This document shows, in pieces, positions 31,701 through 47,799 of a stretch of DNA of 64,000 nucleotides. This stretch comes from the human T2T-CHM13v2.0 reference genome, Homo sapiens. Location of the stretch: the NCBI RefSeq assembly GCF_009914755.1, contig NC_060927.1, one strand, 5' to 3'. Position 1 is the first letter of the stretch, and every line of letters starts with the position of its first letter. The translations under genes and the position numbers were made by a program. Under the pieces are notes generated by a model, which saw only the letters and a list, made by a program, of their open reading frames with translations, was not told where the DNA came from and did no database searches.

Positions 31701-34700
31701 AATGTACCCAAGGTATATATACTATACTGCACAAAAAATATCAAAGTACCCCAAGCATGTATTATATACTGTATATAAAATATGAAAGTACATCAAATAT
31801 ATATTTTATTCTGTACATAAAATATCAAAGTACACCAGATATATATTCTATAGTGTACATAAAATATCAAAGTACCCAAACTATACATTATATACTGTAC
31901 ATAAAATATGAAATTACATCAAATATATATTATATTAGGTACATAAAATACGAAAGTACATCAAATATAGATTATATACTGTACATAAAATATCAAAGTA
32001 CCCCAATATATATTATATACTGTACATGAAATATCAAAGTTCACAAACTATATATTATGTACTGTACATAAAATATCAAAGTACCCAAGGTATATATTCT
32101 ATACTGTACAAAAAATATCAAAGTACCCAAAGCATGTATTATATAATGTACATAAAATATGAAAGTACATCAAATATACATTTTATTCTGTACATAAAAT
32201 ATCAAAGAACACCAGATATATATTCTATAGTGTACATAAAATATCAAAGTACCCAAACTATACATTATATACTGTACATAAAATATGAAATTACATCATA
32301 TATATATTAGGTACATAAAATATGAAAGTACATCAAATATATATTTTATTCTGTACATAAAATATCAAAGTACACCAGATATATATTCTATAGTGTACAT
32401 AAAATAACAAAGTACACAAACTATAAATTATATACTGTACATAAAATATGAAATTACATCAAATATATATTAGGTACATAAAATATGAAAGTACATCAAA
32501 TATAGATTATATACTGTACATATAATATCAATGTACCCGAAATATATATTTTATACTCTACATGAAATATCAAAGTTCACAAACCATATATTGTATACTG
32601 CACATAAAATATCAAAATACCCAAGGTATATATTCTATACTGTACAAAAAATATCAAAGTACCCAAAGCAGGTATTATATACTGTACATAAAATATGAAA
32701 GTACATCAAATATATATTTTATTCTGTACATAAAATATCAGAGTACACCAGATATATATTCTATAGCGTACATAAAATATCAAAGTACACAAACTATACA
32801 TTATATACTGTACATAAAATATGAAATTACATCAAATATATATTATATTAGGTACATAAAATATGAAAGTACATCAAATATAGATTATATACTGTAAATA
32901 TAATATCAATGTACCCCAAATATATATTTTATACTCTACATGAAATATCAAAGTTCACAAACCATATATTATATACTGTACATAAAATATCAAAGTACCC
33001 AAGGTATATATTCTATACTGTACAAAAAATATCAAAGTACCCAAAGCATGTATTATATACTGTACATAAAATATGAAAGTACATCAAATATATATTTTAT
33101 TCTGTACATAAAATATCAAAGTACACCAGATATATATTCTATAGTGTACATAAAATATCAAAGTACCCAAACTATACATTATATACTGTACATAAAATAT
33201 GAAATTACATCAAATATATATTATATTAGGTACATGAAATATGAAAGTACATCAAATATAGATTATATACTGTACATAAAATATGAAAGTACCCCAAATA
33301 TATATTATATACTCTACATGAAATATCAAAGTTCACAAACTATATATTATATACTGTACATAAAATATCAAAGTATCCAAGGTATATATTCTATACTGTA
33401 CAAAAAATATCAAAGTATCCAAAGCATGTGTTATATACTGTATATAAAATATGAAAGTACATCAAATATATATTTTATTCTGTACATAAAATATCAAAGT
33501 ACACCAGATATATATTCTATAGTGTACATAAAATATCAAAGTACCCAAACTATACATTATATACTGTACATAAAATATGAAATTACAGCAAATATATATT
33601 ATATTAGGTACATAAAATATGAAAGTACATCAAATATAGATTATATACTCTACATTAAATACCAAAGTACCCCAAATATATATTTTATACTGTACATGAA
33701 ATATCAAAGTTCACAAACTATATATTATATACTGTACATAAAATATCAATGTACCCAAGGTATATATTCTATACTGCACAAAAAATATCAAAGTACCCAA
33801 AGCATGTATTATATACTGTATATAAAATATGAAAGTACATCAAATATATATTTTATTCTGTACATAAAATATCAAAGTACACCAGATATATATTCTATAG
33901 TGTACATAAAATATCAAAATACCCAAACTATACATTATATACTGTACATAAAATATGAGATTACATCAAATATATATTATATTAGGTACATAAAATATGA
34001 AAGTACATCAAATATAGATTATATACTGTACATAAAATATCAAAGTACCCCGAATATATATTATATACTCTACATGAAATGTCAAATTTCACAAACTATA
34101 TATTATATACTGTACATAAAATATCAAAGTACCCAAGGTATATATTCTATACTGTACAAAAAATATCAAAGTACCCAAAGCATGTATTATATACTGTATA
34201 TAAAATAAGAAAGTACATTAAATATATATTTTATTCTGTACATAAAATATCAAAGTACACCAGATATATATTCTATAGTGTACATAAAATAACAAAGTAC
34301 ACAAACTATAAATTATATACTGTACATAAAATATGAAATTACATCAAATATATATTAGGTACATAAAATATGAAAGTACATCAAATATAGATTATATACT
34401 GAACATATAATATCAATGTACCCCAAATATATATTTGATACTCTACATGAAATATCAAAGTTCAGAAACCATACATTATATACTGTACATAAAATATCAA
34501 AGTACCCAAAGTATATATTCTATACTGTACAAAAAATATCAAAGTACCCAAAGCATGTATTATATACTGTACATAATATATGAAAGTACATCAAATATAT
34601 ATTTTATTCTGTACATAAAATATGAAAGTATAGGAAATATATATTCTATAGTGAACATAAAATATCAAAGTACCCAAACTATACATTATATACTGTACAT

Positions 34701-37700
34701 AAAATATGAAATTACATCAAATATATATTATATTAGGTAAATAAAATATGAAAGTACATCAAATATAGATTATATACTGTACATTAAGTACCAAAGTACC
34801 CCAAATATATATTTTATACTGTACATGAAATATCAAAGTTCACAAACTATATATTATATACTGTACATAAAATATGAAAGTACCCAACGTATATACTCTA
34901 TACTGTACAAAAAATATCAAAGTACCCAAAGCATGTATTATATACTGTACATAAAGTAAGAAAGTACATCAAATATATATTTTATTCTGTACATAAAATA
35001 TCAAGGTACACCAGATATATATTCTATAGTGTACATAAAATATCAAAGTACCCAAACTATAAATTATATACTGTACATAAAATATGAAATTACATCAAAT
35101 ATATATTATATTAGGTACATAAAATATGAAAGTACATCAAATATAGATTATATACTCTACATTAAATACCAAAGTACCCCAAATATATGTTTTATACTGT
35201 ACATGAAATATCAAAGTTCACAAAGTATATATTATATACTGTACATAAAATATCAAAGTACCCAAGGTATATATTCTATACTGTACAAAAGATATCAAAG
35301 TACCCAAAGCATGTATTATATACTGTACATAAAATATGAAAGTACATCATATATATATTTTATTCTGTACATAAAATATTAAAGTACACCAGATATATAT
35401 TCTATAGTGTACATAAAATATCAAAGTACCCAAACTATACATTATATACTGTACATAAAGTATGAAATTACATCAAATATATATTAAGTACATAAAATAT
35501 GAAAGTACATCAAATATAGATTATATACTGTACATAAAATATCAATGTACACCAAATATATATTATATACTCTACATGAAATATCAAAGTTCACAAACTA
35601 TATATTATATACTGTCCATAAAATATCAAAGTACCCAAGGTATATATTCTATACTGTACAAAAAATATCAAAGTAAACAAAGCATGTATTATATACTGTA
35701 CCTAAAATATGAAAGTACATCAAATATATATTTTATTCTGTACATAAAATATCAAAGTACACCAGATATATATTCTATAGTGTATATAAAATATCAAAGT
35801 ACCCAAACTATACATTATATACTGTACATAAAATGTGAAATTACATCAAATATATATTATATTAGGTACATAAAATATGAAAGTACATCAAATATAGATT
35901 ATATACTGTACATTAAATACCAATATACCCCAAATATATATTTTATACTGTACATGAAATATCAAAGTTCACACACTATATATTATATACTGTACATAAA
36001 ATATCAAAGTATCCAAGGTATATATTCTATACTGTACAAAAAACATCAAAGTACCCAAAGCATGTATTATATACTGTACATAAAATATGAAAGTACATCA
36101 AATATATATTTTATTCTGTACATAAAATATCAAAGTACACCAGATATATATTCTATAGTGTACATAAAATATCAAAGTACCCAAACTATACATTATATAC
36201 TGTACATAAAATATGAAATTACATCAAATATATATTATATTAGGTACATAAAATAAGAAAGTACATCAAATATAGATTATATACTGTACATAAAATATCA
36301 AAGTACCCCAAATATATATTATATACTCTACATGAAATATCAAAGTTCAAAAACTATATATTATATACTGTACATAAAATATCAAAGTACCCAAGGTATA
36401 TATTCTATACTGTACAAAAAATATCAAAGTATCCAAAGCATGTTTTATATACTGTATATAAAATATGAAAGTACATTAAAGATATATTTTATTCTGTACA
36501 TAAAATATCAAAATACACCAGATATATATTCTATAGTGTACATAAAATAACAAAGTACACAAACTATAAATTATATACTGTACATAAAATATGAAATTAC
36601 ATCAAATATATATTAGGTACATAAAATATGAAAGTACATCAAATATAGATTATATACTGTACATATAATATCAATGTACCCCAAATATATATTTTATACT
36701 CTACATGAAATATCAAAGTTCACAAACCATACATTATATACTTTCCATAAAATATCAAAGTACCCATGGCATATATTCTATACTGTACAAAAGATATCAA
36801 AGTACCCAAAGCATGTATTATATACTGTACATAAAATATGAAAGTACATCAAATATATATTTTATTCTGTACATAAAATATCAAAGTACACCACATATAT
36901 ATTCTATAGTGTACATAAAATATCAAAGTACCCAAACTATATATTATATACAGTACATAAAATATGAAATTACATCAAATATGTATTATATTAGGTACAT
37001 AAAATATGAAAGTACATCAAATATAGATTATATACCGTACATAAAATATCAAAGTACCCCAAATATATATTATATACTATACATGAAATATCAAATATCA
37101 CAAACTATATATTATATACTGTACATAAAATATCAAAGTACCCAATGTATATATTCTATAGTGTACAAAAAATATCAAAGTACCCAAAGCATGTATTATA
37201 TACTGTACATAAAATATAAAAGTACATCAAATATATATTTTATTCTGTACATAAAATATGAAAGTACACCAGATATATATTCTATAGTGTACATAAAATA
37301 TCAAAGTACCCAAACTATACATTATATACTGTACATAAAATATGAAATTACATCAAATATATATTATATTAGGTACTTAAAATATGAAAGTACATCAAAT
37401 ATAGATTATATACTGTACATAAAATATGAAAGTACCACAAATATATATTATATACTGTACATGAAATATCAAAGTTCACAACTATATATTATATACTGTA
37501 CATAAAATATCAAAGTCCCCAAGGTATATATTCTATACTGTACAAAAAATATCAAAGTACACAAAGCATGTATTATATACTGTACATAAAATATGAAATT
37601 ACATCAAATATATATTATATTAGGTACATAAAATATGAAAGTACATCAAATATAGATTATATACTGTACATAAAATATCAAAGTACCCCAAATATATATT

Positions 37701-40700
37701 ATATACTGTACATGTAATATCAAAGTTCACAACTATATATTACATACTGTACATAAAATATCAAAGTACCCAAGGTATATATTCTATACTGTACAAAAAA
37801 TATCAAAGTACCCAAAGCATGTATTATATACTGTACATAAAATATGAAAGTACATCAAATATATATTTTATTCTGTACATAAAATATCAAAGTACACCAG
37901 ATATATATTCTATAGTGTATATAAAATACCAAAGTACCCAAACTATACATTACATACTGTACATAAAATATGAAATTACATCAAATATATATTATAATAG
38001 GTACATAAAATATGAAAGTACATCAAATATAGATTATATACTGTACATTAAATACGAAAGTACCCCAAATATATATTTTATACTGTACATGAAATATCAA
38101 AGTACCCAAGGTATATATTCTATACTGTACAAAAAATATCAAAGTACCCAAAGCATGTATTACAAACTGTACATAAAATATGAAAGTCCATCAAATATAT
38201 ATTTTATTCTGTACATAAAATATCAAAGTACACCAGATATATATTCTATAGTGAACATAAAATATCAAAGTACCCAAACTATACATTATATACTGTACAT
38301 AAAATATGAAATTACATCAAATATATATTATATTAGGTAAATAAAATATGAAAGTACATCAAATATAGATTATATACTGTACATTAAGTACCAAAGTACC
38401 CCAAATATATATTTTATACTGTACATGAAATATCAAAGTTCACAAACTATATATTATATACTGTACATAAAATATGAAAGTACCCAACGTATATACTCTA
38501 TACTGTACAAAAAATATCAAAGTACCCAAAGCATGTATTATATACTGTACATAAAGTAAGAAAGTACATCAAATATATATTTTATTCTGTACATAAAATA
38601 TCAAGGTACACCAGATATATATTCTATAGTGTACATAAAATATCAAAGTACCCAAACTATAAATTATATACTGTACATAAAATATGAAATTACATCAAAT
38701 ATATATTATATTAGGTACATAAAATATGAAAGTACATCAAATATAGATTATATACTCTACATTAAATACCAAAGTACCCCAAATATATGTTTTATACTGT
38801 ACATGAAATATCAAAGTTCACAAAGTATATATTATATACTGTACATAAAATATCAAAGTACCCAAGGTATATATTCTATACTGTACAAAAGATATCAAAG
38901 TACCCAAAGCATGTATTATATACTGTACATAAAATATGAAAGTACATCATATATATATTTTATTCTGTACATAAAATATTAAAGTACACCAGATATATAT
39001 TCTATAGTGTACATAAAATATCAAAGTACCCAAACTATACATTATATACTGTACATAAAATATGAAATTACATCAAATATATATTAAGTACATAAAATAT
39101 GAAAGTACATCAAATATAGATTATATACTGTACATAAAATATCAATGTACACCAAATATATATTATATACTCTACATGAAATATCAAAGTTCACAAACTA
39201 TATATTATATACTGTCCATAAAATATCAAAGTACCCAAGGTATATATTCTATACTGTACAAAAAATATCAAAGTAAACAAAGCATGTATTATATACTGTA
39301 CCTAAAATATGAAAGTACATCAAATATATATTTTATTCTGTACATAAAATATCAAAGTACACCAGATATATATTCTATAGTGTATATAAAATATCAAAGT
39401 ACCCAAACTATACATTATATACTGTACATAAAATATGAAATTACATCAAATATATATTATATTAGGTACATAAAATATGAAAGTACATGAAGTATAGATT
39501 ATATACTGTACATAAAATATCAAAGTACCCCAAATTTATATTACATACTATACATGAAATATCAAAGTTCACAAACTATATATTATATACTGTACATAAA
39601 ATATCAAAGTACCCAAGGTATATATTGTATAGTGTACAAAAAATATCAAAGTACGCAAAGCATGTATTATATACCGTACATAAAATATAAAATTACATCA
39701 AATATATATTTTATTCTGTACATAAAATATCAAAGTACACCAGATATATATACTATAGTGTACATAATATATCAAAGTACCCACACTATACATTATACAC
39801 TGCACATAAAATATGAAATTACATCAAATATATATTAGGTACATAAAATATGAAAGTACATCAAATATAGATTATATACTGTAAATATAATATCAATGTA
39901 CCCCAAATATATATTTTATACTCTACATGAAATATCAAAGTTCACAAACCATATATTATATACTGTACATAAAATATCAAAGTACCCAAGGTATATATTC
40001 TATACTGTACAAAAAATATCAAAGTACCCAAAGCATGTATTATATACTGTACATAAAATATGAAAGTACATCAAATATATATTTTATTCTGTACATAAAA
40101 TATCAAAGTACACCAGATATATATTCTATAGTGTACATAAAATATCAAAGTACCCAAACTATACATTATATACTGTACATAAAATATGAAATTACATCAA
40201 ATATATATTATATTAGGTACATGAAATTTGAAAGTACATCAAATATAGATTATATACTGTACATTAAATACCAAAGTACCCCAAATATATATTTTATACT
40301 GTACATGAAATATCAAAGTTCACAAACTATATATTATATACTGTACATAAAATATCAATGTACCCAAGGTATATATTCTATACTGCACAAAAAATATCAA
40401 AGTACCCAAAGCATGTATTATATACTGTATATAAAATATGAAAGTACATCAAACATATATTTTATTCTGTACATAAAATATCAAAGTACACCAGATATAT
40501 ATTCTATAGTGTACATAAAATAACAAAGTACACAAACTATAAATTATATACTGTACATAAAATATGAAATTACATCAAATATATATTAGGCACATAAAAT
40601 ATGAAAGTACATCAAATATAGATTATATACTGTACATATAATATCAATGTACCCGAAATATATATTTTATACTCTACATGAAATATCAAAGTGCACAAAC

Positions 40701-40975
40701 CATATATTGTATACTGCACATAAAATATCAAAATACCCAAGGTATATATTCTATACTGTACAAAAAATATCAAAGTACCCAAAGCAGGTATTATATACTG
40801 TAAATAAAATATGAAAGTACATCAAATATATATTTTATTCTGTACATAAAATATCAAAGTACACCAGATATATATTCTATAGCGTACATGAAATATCAAA
40901 GTACACAAACTATACATTATATACTGTACATAAAATATGAAATTATATCAAATATATATTATATTAGGTACATAA
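28724..40975 (+). repeat. Large intra-array duplication, copy 2 (partner 1-~12250)
   Basis: Position 28724 (ATGAAAGTACATC...TACAGTAC) matches position 1. Co-linearity ends at 12257/40980, where TACGAA becomes TATGAA and different HOR variants follow. Confidence 0.92.
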
Positions 40976-43900
40976 AATATGAAAGTACATCAAATATAGA
41001 TTATATACTGTACATTAAATACCAAAGTACCCCAAATATATATTTTATACTGTACATGAAATTTCAAAGTTCACAAACTATATATTTTATACTGTACATA
41101 AAATATCAAAGTACCCAAGGTATATATTCTATAGTGTACAAAAAATATCAAAGTACCCAAAGCATGTATTATATACCGTACATAAAATATAAAATTACAT
41201 CAAATATATATTTTATTCTGTACATAAAATATCAAAGTACACCAGATATATATACTATAGTGTACATAAAATATCAAAGTACCCAAACTATACATTATAC
41301 ACTGTACATAAAATATGAAATTACATCAAATATATATTAGGTACATAAAATATGAAAGTACATCAAATATAGATTATATACTGTAAATATAATATCAATG
41401 TACCCCAAATATATATTTTATACTCTATATGAAATATCAAAGTTCACAAACCATATATTATATACTGTACATAAAATATCAAAGTACCAAAGGTATATAT
41501 TCTATACTGTACAAAAAATATCAAAGTATCCAAAGCATGTATTATATACTGTATATAAAATATGAAAGTACATCAAATATATATTTTATTCTGTACATAA
41601 AATATCAAAGTACACCAGATATATATTCTATAGTGTACATAAAATATCAAAGTACCCAAACTATACATTATATACTGTACATAAAATATGAAATTACAGC
41701 AAATATATATTATATTAGGTACATGAAATATGAAAGTACATCAAATATAGATTATATACTGTACATTAAATACCAAAGTACCCCAAATATATATTTTATA
41801 CTGTACATGAAATATCAAAGTTCACAAACTAAATATTATATACTGTACATAAAATATCAGTGTACCCAAGGTATATATTCTATACTGCACAAAAAATATG
41901 AAATTACCCAAAGCATGTATTATATACTGTATATAAAATATGAAAGCACATCAAATATATATTTTATTCTGTACATAAAATATCAAAGTACACCAGATAT
42001 ATATTCTATAGTGTACATAAAATATCAAAGTACCCAAACTATACATTATATACTGTACATAAAATATGAAATTACATCAAATATATATTATATTAGGTAC
42101 ATAAAATACGAAAGTACATCAAATATAGATTATATACTGTACATAAAATATCAAAGTACCCCAATATACATTATATACTGTACATGAAATATCAAAGTTC
42201 ACAAACTATATATTATGTACTGTACATAAAATATCAAAGTACCCAAGGTATATATTCTATACTGTACAAAAAATATCAAAGTACCCAAAGCATGTATTAT
42301 ATACCGTACATAAAATATAAAATTACATCAAATATATATTTTATTCTGTACATAAAATATCAAAGTACACCAGATATATATACTATAGTGTACATAAAAT
42401 ATCAAAGTACCCAAACTATACATTATACACTGTACATAAAATATGAAATTACATCAAATATATATTAGGTACATAAAATATGAAAGTACATCAAATATAG
42501 ATTATATACTGTAAATATAATATCAATGTACCCCAAATATATATTTTATACTCTATATGAAATATCAAAGTTCACAAACCATATATTATATACTGTACAT
42601 AAAATATCAAAGTACCCAAGGTATATATTCTATACTGTACAAAAAATATCAAAGTACCCAAAGCATGTATTATATACTGTACATAAAATATGAAAGTACA
42701 TCAAATATATATTTTATTCTGTACATAAAATATCAAAGTACACCAGATATATATTCTATAGTGTACATAAAATATCAAAGTACCCAAACTATACATTATA
42801 TACTGTACATAAAATATGAAATTACATCAAATATATATTATATTAGGTACATGAAATATGAAAGTACATCAAATATAGATTATATACTGTACATAAAATA
42901 TGAAAGTACCCCAAATATATATTATATACTCTACATGAAATATCAAAGTTCACAAACTATATATTATATACTGTACATAAAATATCAAAGTACCCAAGGT
43001 ATATATTCTATACTGTACAAAAAATATCAAAGTATCCAAAGCATGTATTATATACTGTATATAAAATATGAAAGTACATCAAATATATATTTTATTCTGT
43101 ACATAAAATATCAAAGTACACCAGATATATATTCTATAGTGTACATAAAATATCAAAGTACCCAAACTATACATTATATACTGTACATAAAATATGAAAT
43201 TACAGCAAATATATATTATATTAGGTACATAAAATATGAAAGTACATCAAATATAGATTATATACTGTACATTAAATACCAAAGTACCCCAAATATATAT
43301 TTTATACTGTACATGAAATATCAAAGTTCACAAACTAAATATTATATACTGTACATAAAATATCAATGTACCCAAGGTATATATTCTATACTGCACAAAA
43401 AATATGAAATTACCCAAAGCATGTATTATATACTGTATATAAAATATGAAAGCACATCAAATATATATTTTATTCTGTACATAAAATATCAAAGTACACC
43501 AGATATATATTCTATAGTGTACATAAAATATCAAAGTACCCAAACTATACATTATATACTGTACATAAAATATGAAATTACATCAAATATATATTATATT
43601 AGGTACATAAAATACGAAAGTACATCAAATATAGATTATATACTGTACATAAAATATCAAAGTACCCCAATATATATTATATACTGTACATGAAATATCA
43701 AAGTTCACAAACTATATATTATGTACTGTACATAAAATATCAAAGTACCCAAGGTATATATTCTATACTGTACAAAAAATATCAAAGTACCCAAAGCATG
43801 TATTATATAATGTACATAAAATATGAAAGTACATCAAATATATATTTTATTCTGTACATAAAATATCAAAGAACACCAGATATATATTCTATAGTGTACA

Positions 43901-44399
43901 TAAAATATCAAAGTACCCAAACTATACATTATATACTGTACATAAAATATGAAATTACATCATATATATATTATATTAGGTACATAAAATATGAAAGTAC
44001 ATCAAATATAGATTATATACTGTACATTAAGTACCAAAGTACACCAAATATATATTTTATACTGTACATGAAATATCAAAGTTCACAAACTATATATTAT
44101 ATACTGTACATAAAATATCAAAGTACCCAAGGTATATATTCTATACTGTACAAAAAATATCAAAGTACCCAAAGCATGTATTATAAACTGTAAATAAAAT
44201 ATGAAAGTACATCAAATATATATTTTATTCTGTACATAAAATATCAAAGTACACCAGATATATATTCTATAGTGTACATAAAATATCAAAGTACCCAAAC
44301 TATACATTATATACTGTACATAAAATATGAAATTACATCAAATATATATTATATTAGGTACATAAAATATGAAAGTACATCAAATATAGATTATATACT

Positions 44400-47370
44400 G
44401 TACATAAAATATCAAAGTACCCCAAATATATATTATATACTGTACATGTAATATCAAAGTTCACAACTATATATTACATACTGTACATAAAATATCAAAG
44501 TACCCAAGGTATATATTCTATACTGTACAAAAAATATCAAAGTACCCAAAGCATGTATTATATACTGTACATAAAATATGAAAGTACATCAAATATATAT
44601 TTTATTCTGTACATAAAATATCAAAGTACACCAGATATATATTCTATAGTGTATATAAAATATCAAAGTACCCAAACTATACATTATATACTGTACATAA
44701 AATATGAAATTACATCAAATATATATTATATTAGGTACATAAAATATGAAAGTACATGAAGTATAGATTATATACTGTACATAAAATATCAAAGTACCCC
44801 AAATTTATATTATATACTATACATGAAATATCAAAGTTCACAAACTATATATTATATACTGTACATAAAATATCAAAGTACCCAAGGTATATATTCTATA
44901 GTGTACAAAAAATATCAAAGTACCCAAAGCATGTATTATATACCGTACATAAAATATAAAATTACATCAAATATATATTTTATTCTGTACATAAAATATC
45001 AAAGTACACCAGATATATATACTATAGTGTACATAAAATATCAAAGTACCCAAACTATACATTATACACTGTACATAAAATATGAAATTACATCAAATAT
45101 ATATTAGGTACATAAAATATGAAAGTACATCAAATATAGATTATATACTGTAAATATAATATCAATGTACCCCAAATATATATTTTATACTCTACATGAA
45201 ATATCAAAGTTCACAAACTATATATTATATACTGTACATAAAATATCAAAGTACCCAAGGTATATATTCTATACTGAACAAAAAATATCAAAGTACCCAA
45301 AGCATGTATTATATACTGTACATAAAATATGAAAGTACATCAAATATATATTTTATTCTGTACATAAAATATCAAAGTACACCAGATATATATTCTATAG
45401 TGTACATAAAATATCAAAGTACCCAAACTATACATTATATACTGTACATAAAATATGAAATTACATCAAATATATATTATATTAGGTACATGAAATATGA
45501 AAGTACATCAAATATAGATTATATACTGTACATAAAATTTGAAAGTACCCCAAATATATATTATATACTCTACATGAAATATCAAAGTTCACAAACTATA
45601 TATTATATACTGTACATAAAATATCAAAGTACCCAAGGTATATATTCTATACTGTACAAAAAATATCAAAGTATCCAAAGCATGTATTATATACTGTATA
45701 TAAAATATGAAAGTACATCAAATATATATTTTATTCTGTACATAAAATATCAAAGTACACCAGATATATATTCTATATTGTACATAAAATATCAAAGTAC
45801 CCAAACTATAAATTATATACTGTACATAAAATATGAAATTACAGCAAATATATATTATATTAGGTACATAAAATATGAAAGTACATCAAATATAGATTAT
45901 ATACTGTACATTAAATACCAAAGTACCCCAAATATATATTTTATACTGTACATGAAATATCAAAGTTCACAAACTATATATTATATACTGTACATAAAAT
46001 ATCAATGTACCCAAGGTATATATACTATACTGCACAAAAAATATCAAAGTACCCAAAGCATGTATTATATACTGTATATAAAATATGAAAGTACATCAAA
46101 TATATATTTTATTCTGTACATAAAATATCAAAGTACACCAGATATATATTCTATAGTGTACATAAAATATCAAAGTACCCAAACTATACATTATATACTG
46201 TACATAAAATATGAAATTACATCAAATATATATTATATTAGGTACATAAAATAAGAAAGTACATCAAATATAGATTATATACTGTACATAAAATATCAAA
46301 GTACCCCAATATATATTATATACTGTACATGAAATATCAAAGTTCACAAACTATATATTATGTACTGTACATAAAATATCAAAGTACCCAAGGTATATAT
46401 TCTATACTGTACAAAAAATATCAAAGTACCCAAAGCATGTATTATATAATGTACATAAAATATGGAAGTACATCAAAATATATTTTATTCTGTACATAAA
46501 ATATCAAAGAACACCAGAGATATATTCTATAGTGTACATAAAATATCAAAGTACCCAAACTATACATTATATACTGTACATAAAATATGAAATTACATCA
46601 TATATATATTAGGTACATAAAATATGAAAGTACATCAAATATATATTTTATTCTGTACATAAAATATCAAAGTACACCAGATATATATTCTATAGTGTAC
46701 ATAAAATAACAAAGTACACAAACTATAAATTATATACTGTACATAAAATATGAAATTACATCAAATATATATTAGGTACATAAAATATGAAAGTACATCA
46801 AATATAGATTATATACTGTACATATAATATCAATGTACCCGAAATATATATTTTATACTCTACATGAAATATCAAAGTTCACAAACCATATATTGTATAC
46901 TGCACATAAAATATCAAAATACCCAAGGTATATATTCTATACTGTACAAAAAATATCAAAGTACCCAAAGCAGGTATTATATACTGTACTTAAAATATGA
47001 AAGTACATCAAATATATATTTTATTCTGTACATAAAATATCAGAGTACACCAGATATATATTCTATAGCGTACATAAAATATCAAAGTACACAAACTATA
47101 CATTATATACTGTACATAAAATATGAAATTACATCAAATATATATTATATTAGGTACATAAAATATGAAAGTACATCAAATATAGATTATATACTGTAAA
47201 TATAATATCAATGTACCCCAAATATATATTTTATACTCTACATGAAATATCAAAGTTCACAAACCATATATTATATACTGTACATAAAATATCAAAGTAC
47301 CCAAGGTATATATTCTATACTGTACAAAAAATATCAAAGTACCCAAAGCATGTATTATATACTGTACATA
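44400..47370 (+). repeat. Third, structurally different copy of the ~290-4340 block
   Basis: Offsets 44,117 (706/44823), 44,159 (1037/45196) and 43,025 (3839/46864). Shared variants CTGAACAAA, AAAATTTGAA, CTATATTGTAC, CAGAGTAC and TAGCGTAC. Confidence 0.8.
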
Positions 47371-47799
47371 AAATATGAAATTACATCAAATATATATTAG
47401 GTACATAAAATATGAAAGTACATCAAATATAGATTATATACTGTAAATATAATATCAATGTACCCCAAATATATATTTTATACTCTACATGAAATATCAA
47501 AGTTCACAACTATATATTACATACTGTACATAAAATATCAAAGTACCGAAGGTATATATTCTATACTGTACAAAAAATATCAAAGTACCCAAAGCATGTA
47601 TTATATACTGTACATAAAATATGAAAGTACATCAAATATATATTTTATTCTGTACATAAAATATCAAAGTACACCAGATATATATTCTATAGTGTACATA
47701 AAATATCAAAGTACCCAAACTATACATTATATACTGTACATAAAATATGAAATTACATCAAATATATATTATATTAGGTACATGAAATATGAAAGTACA

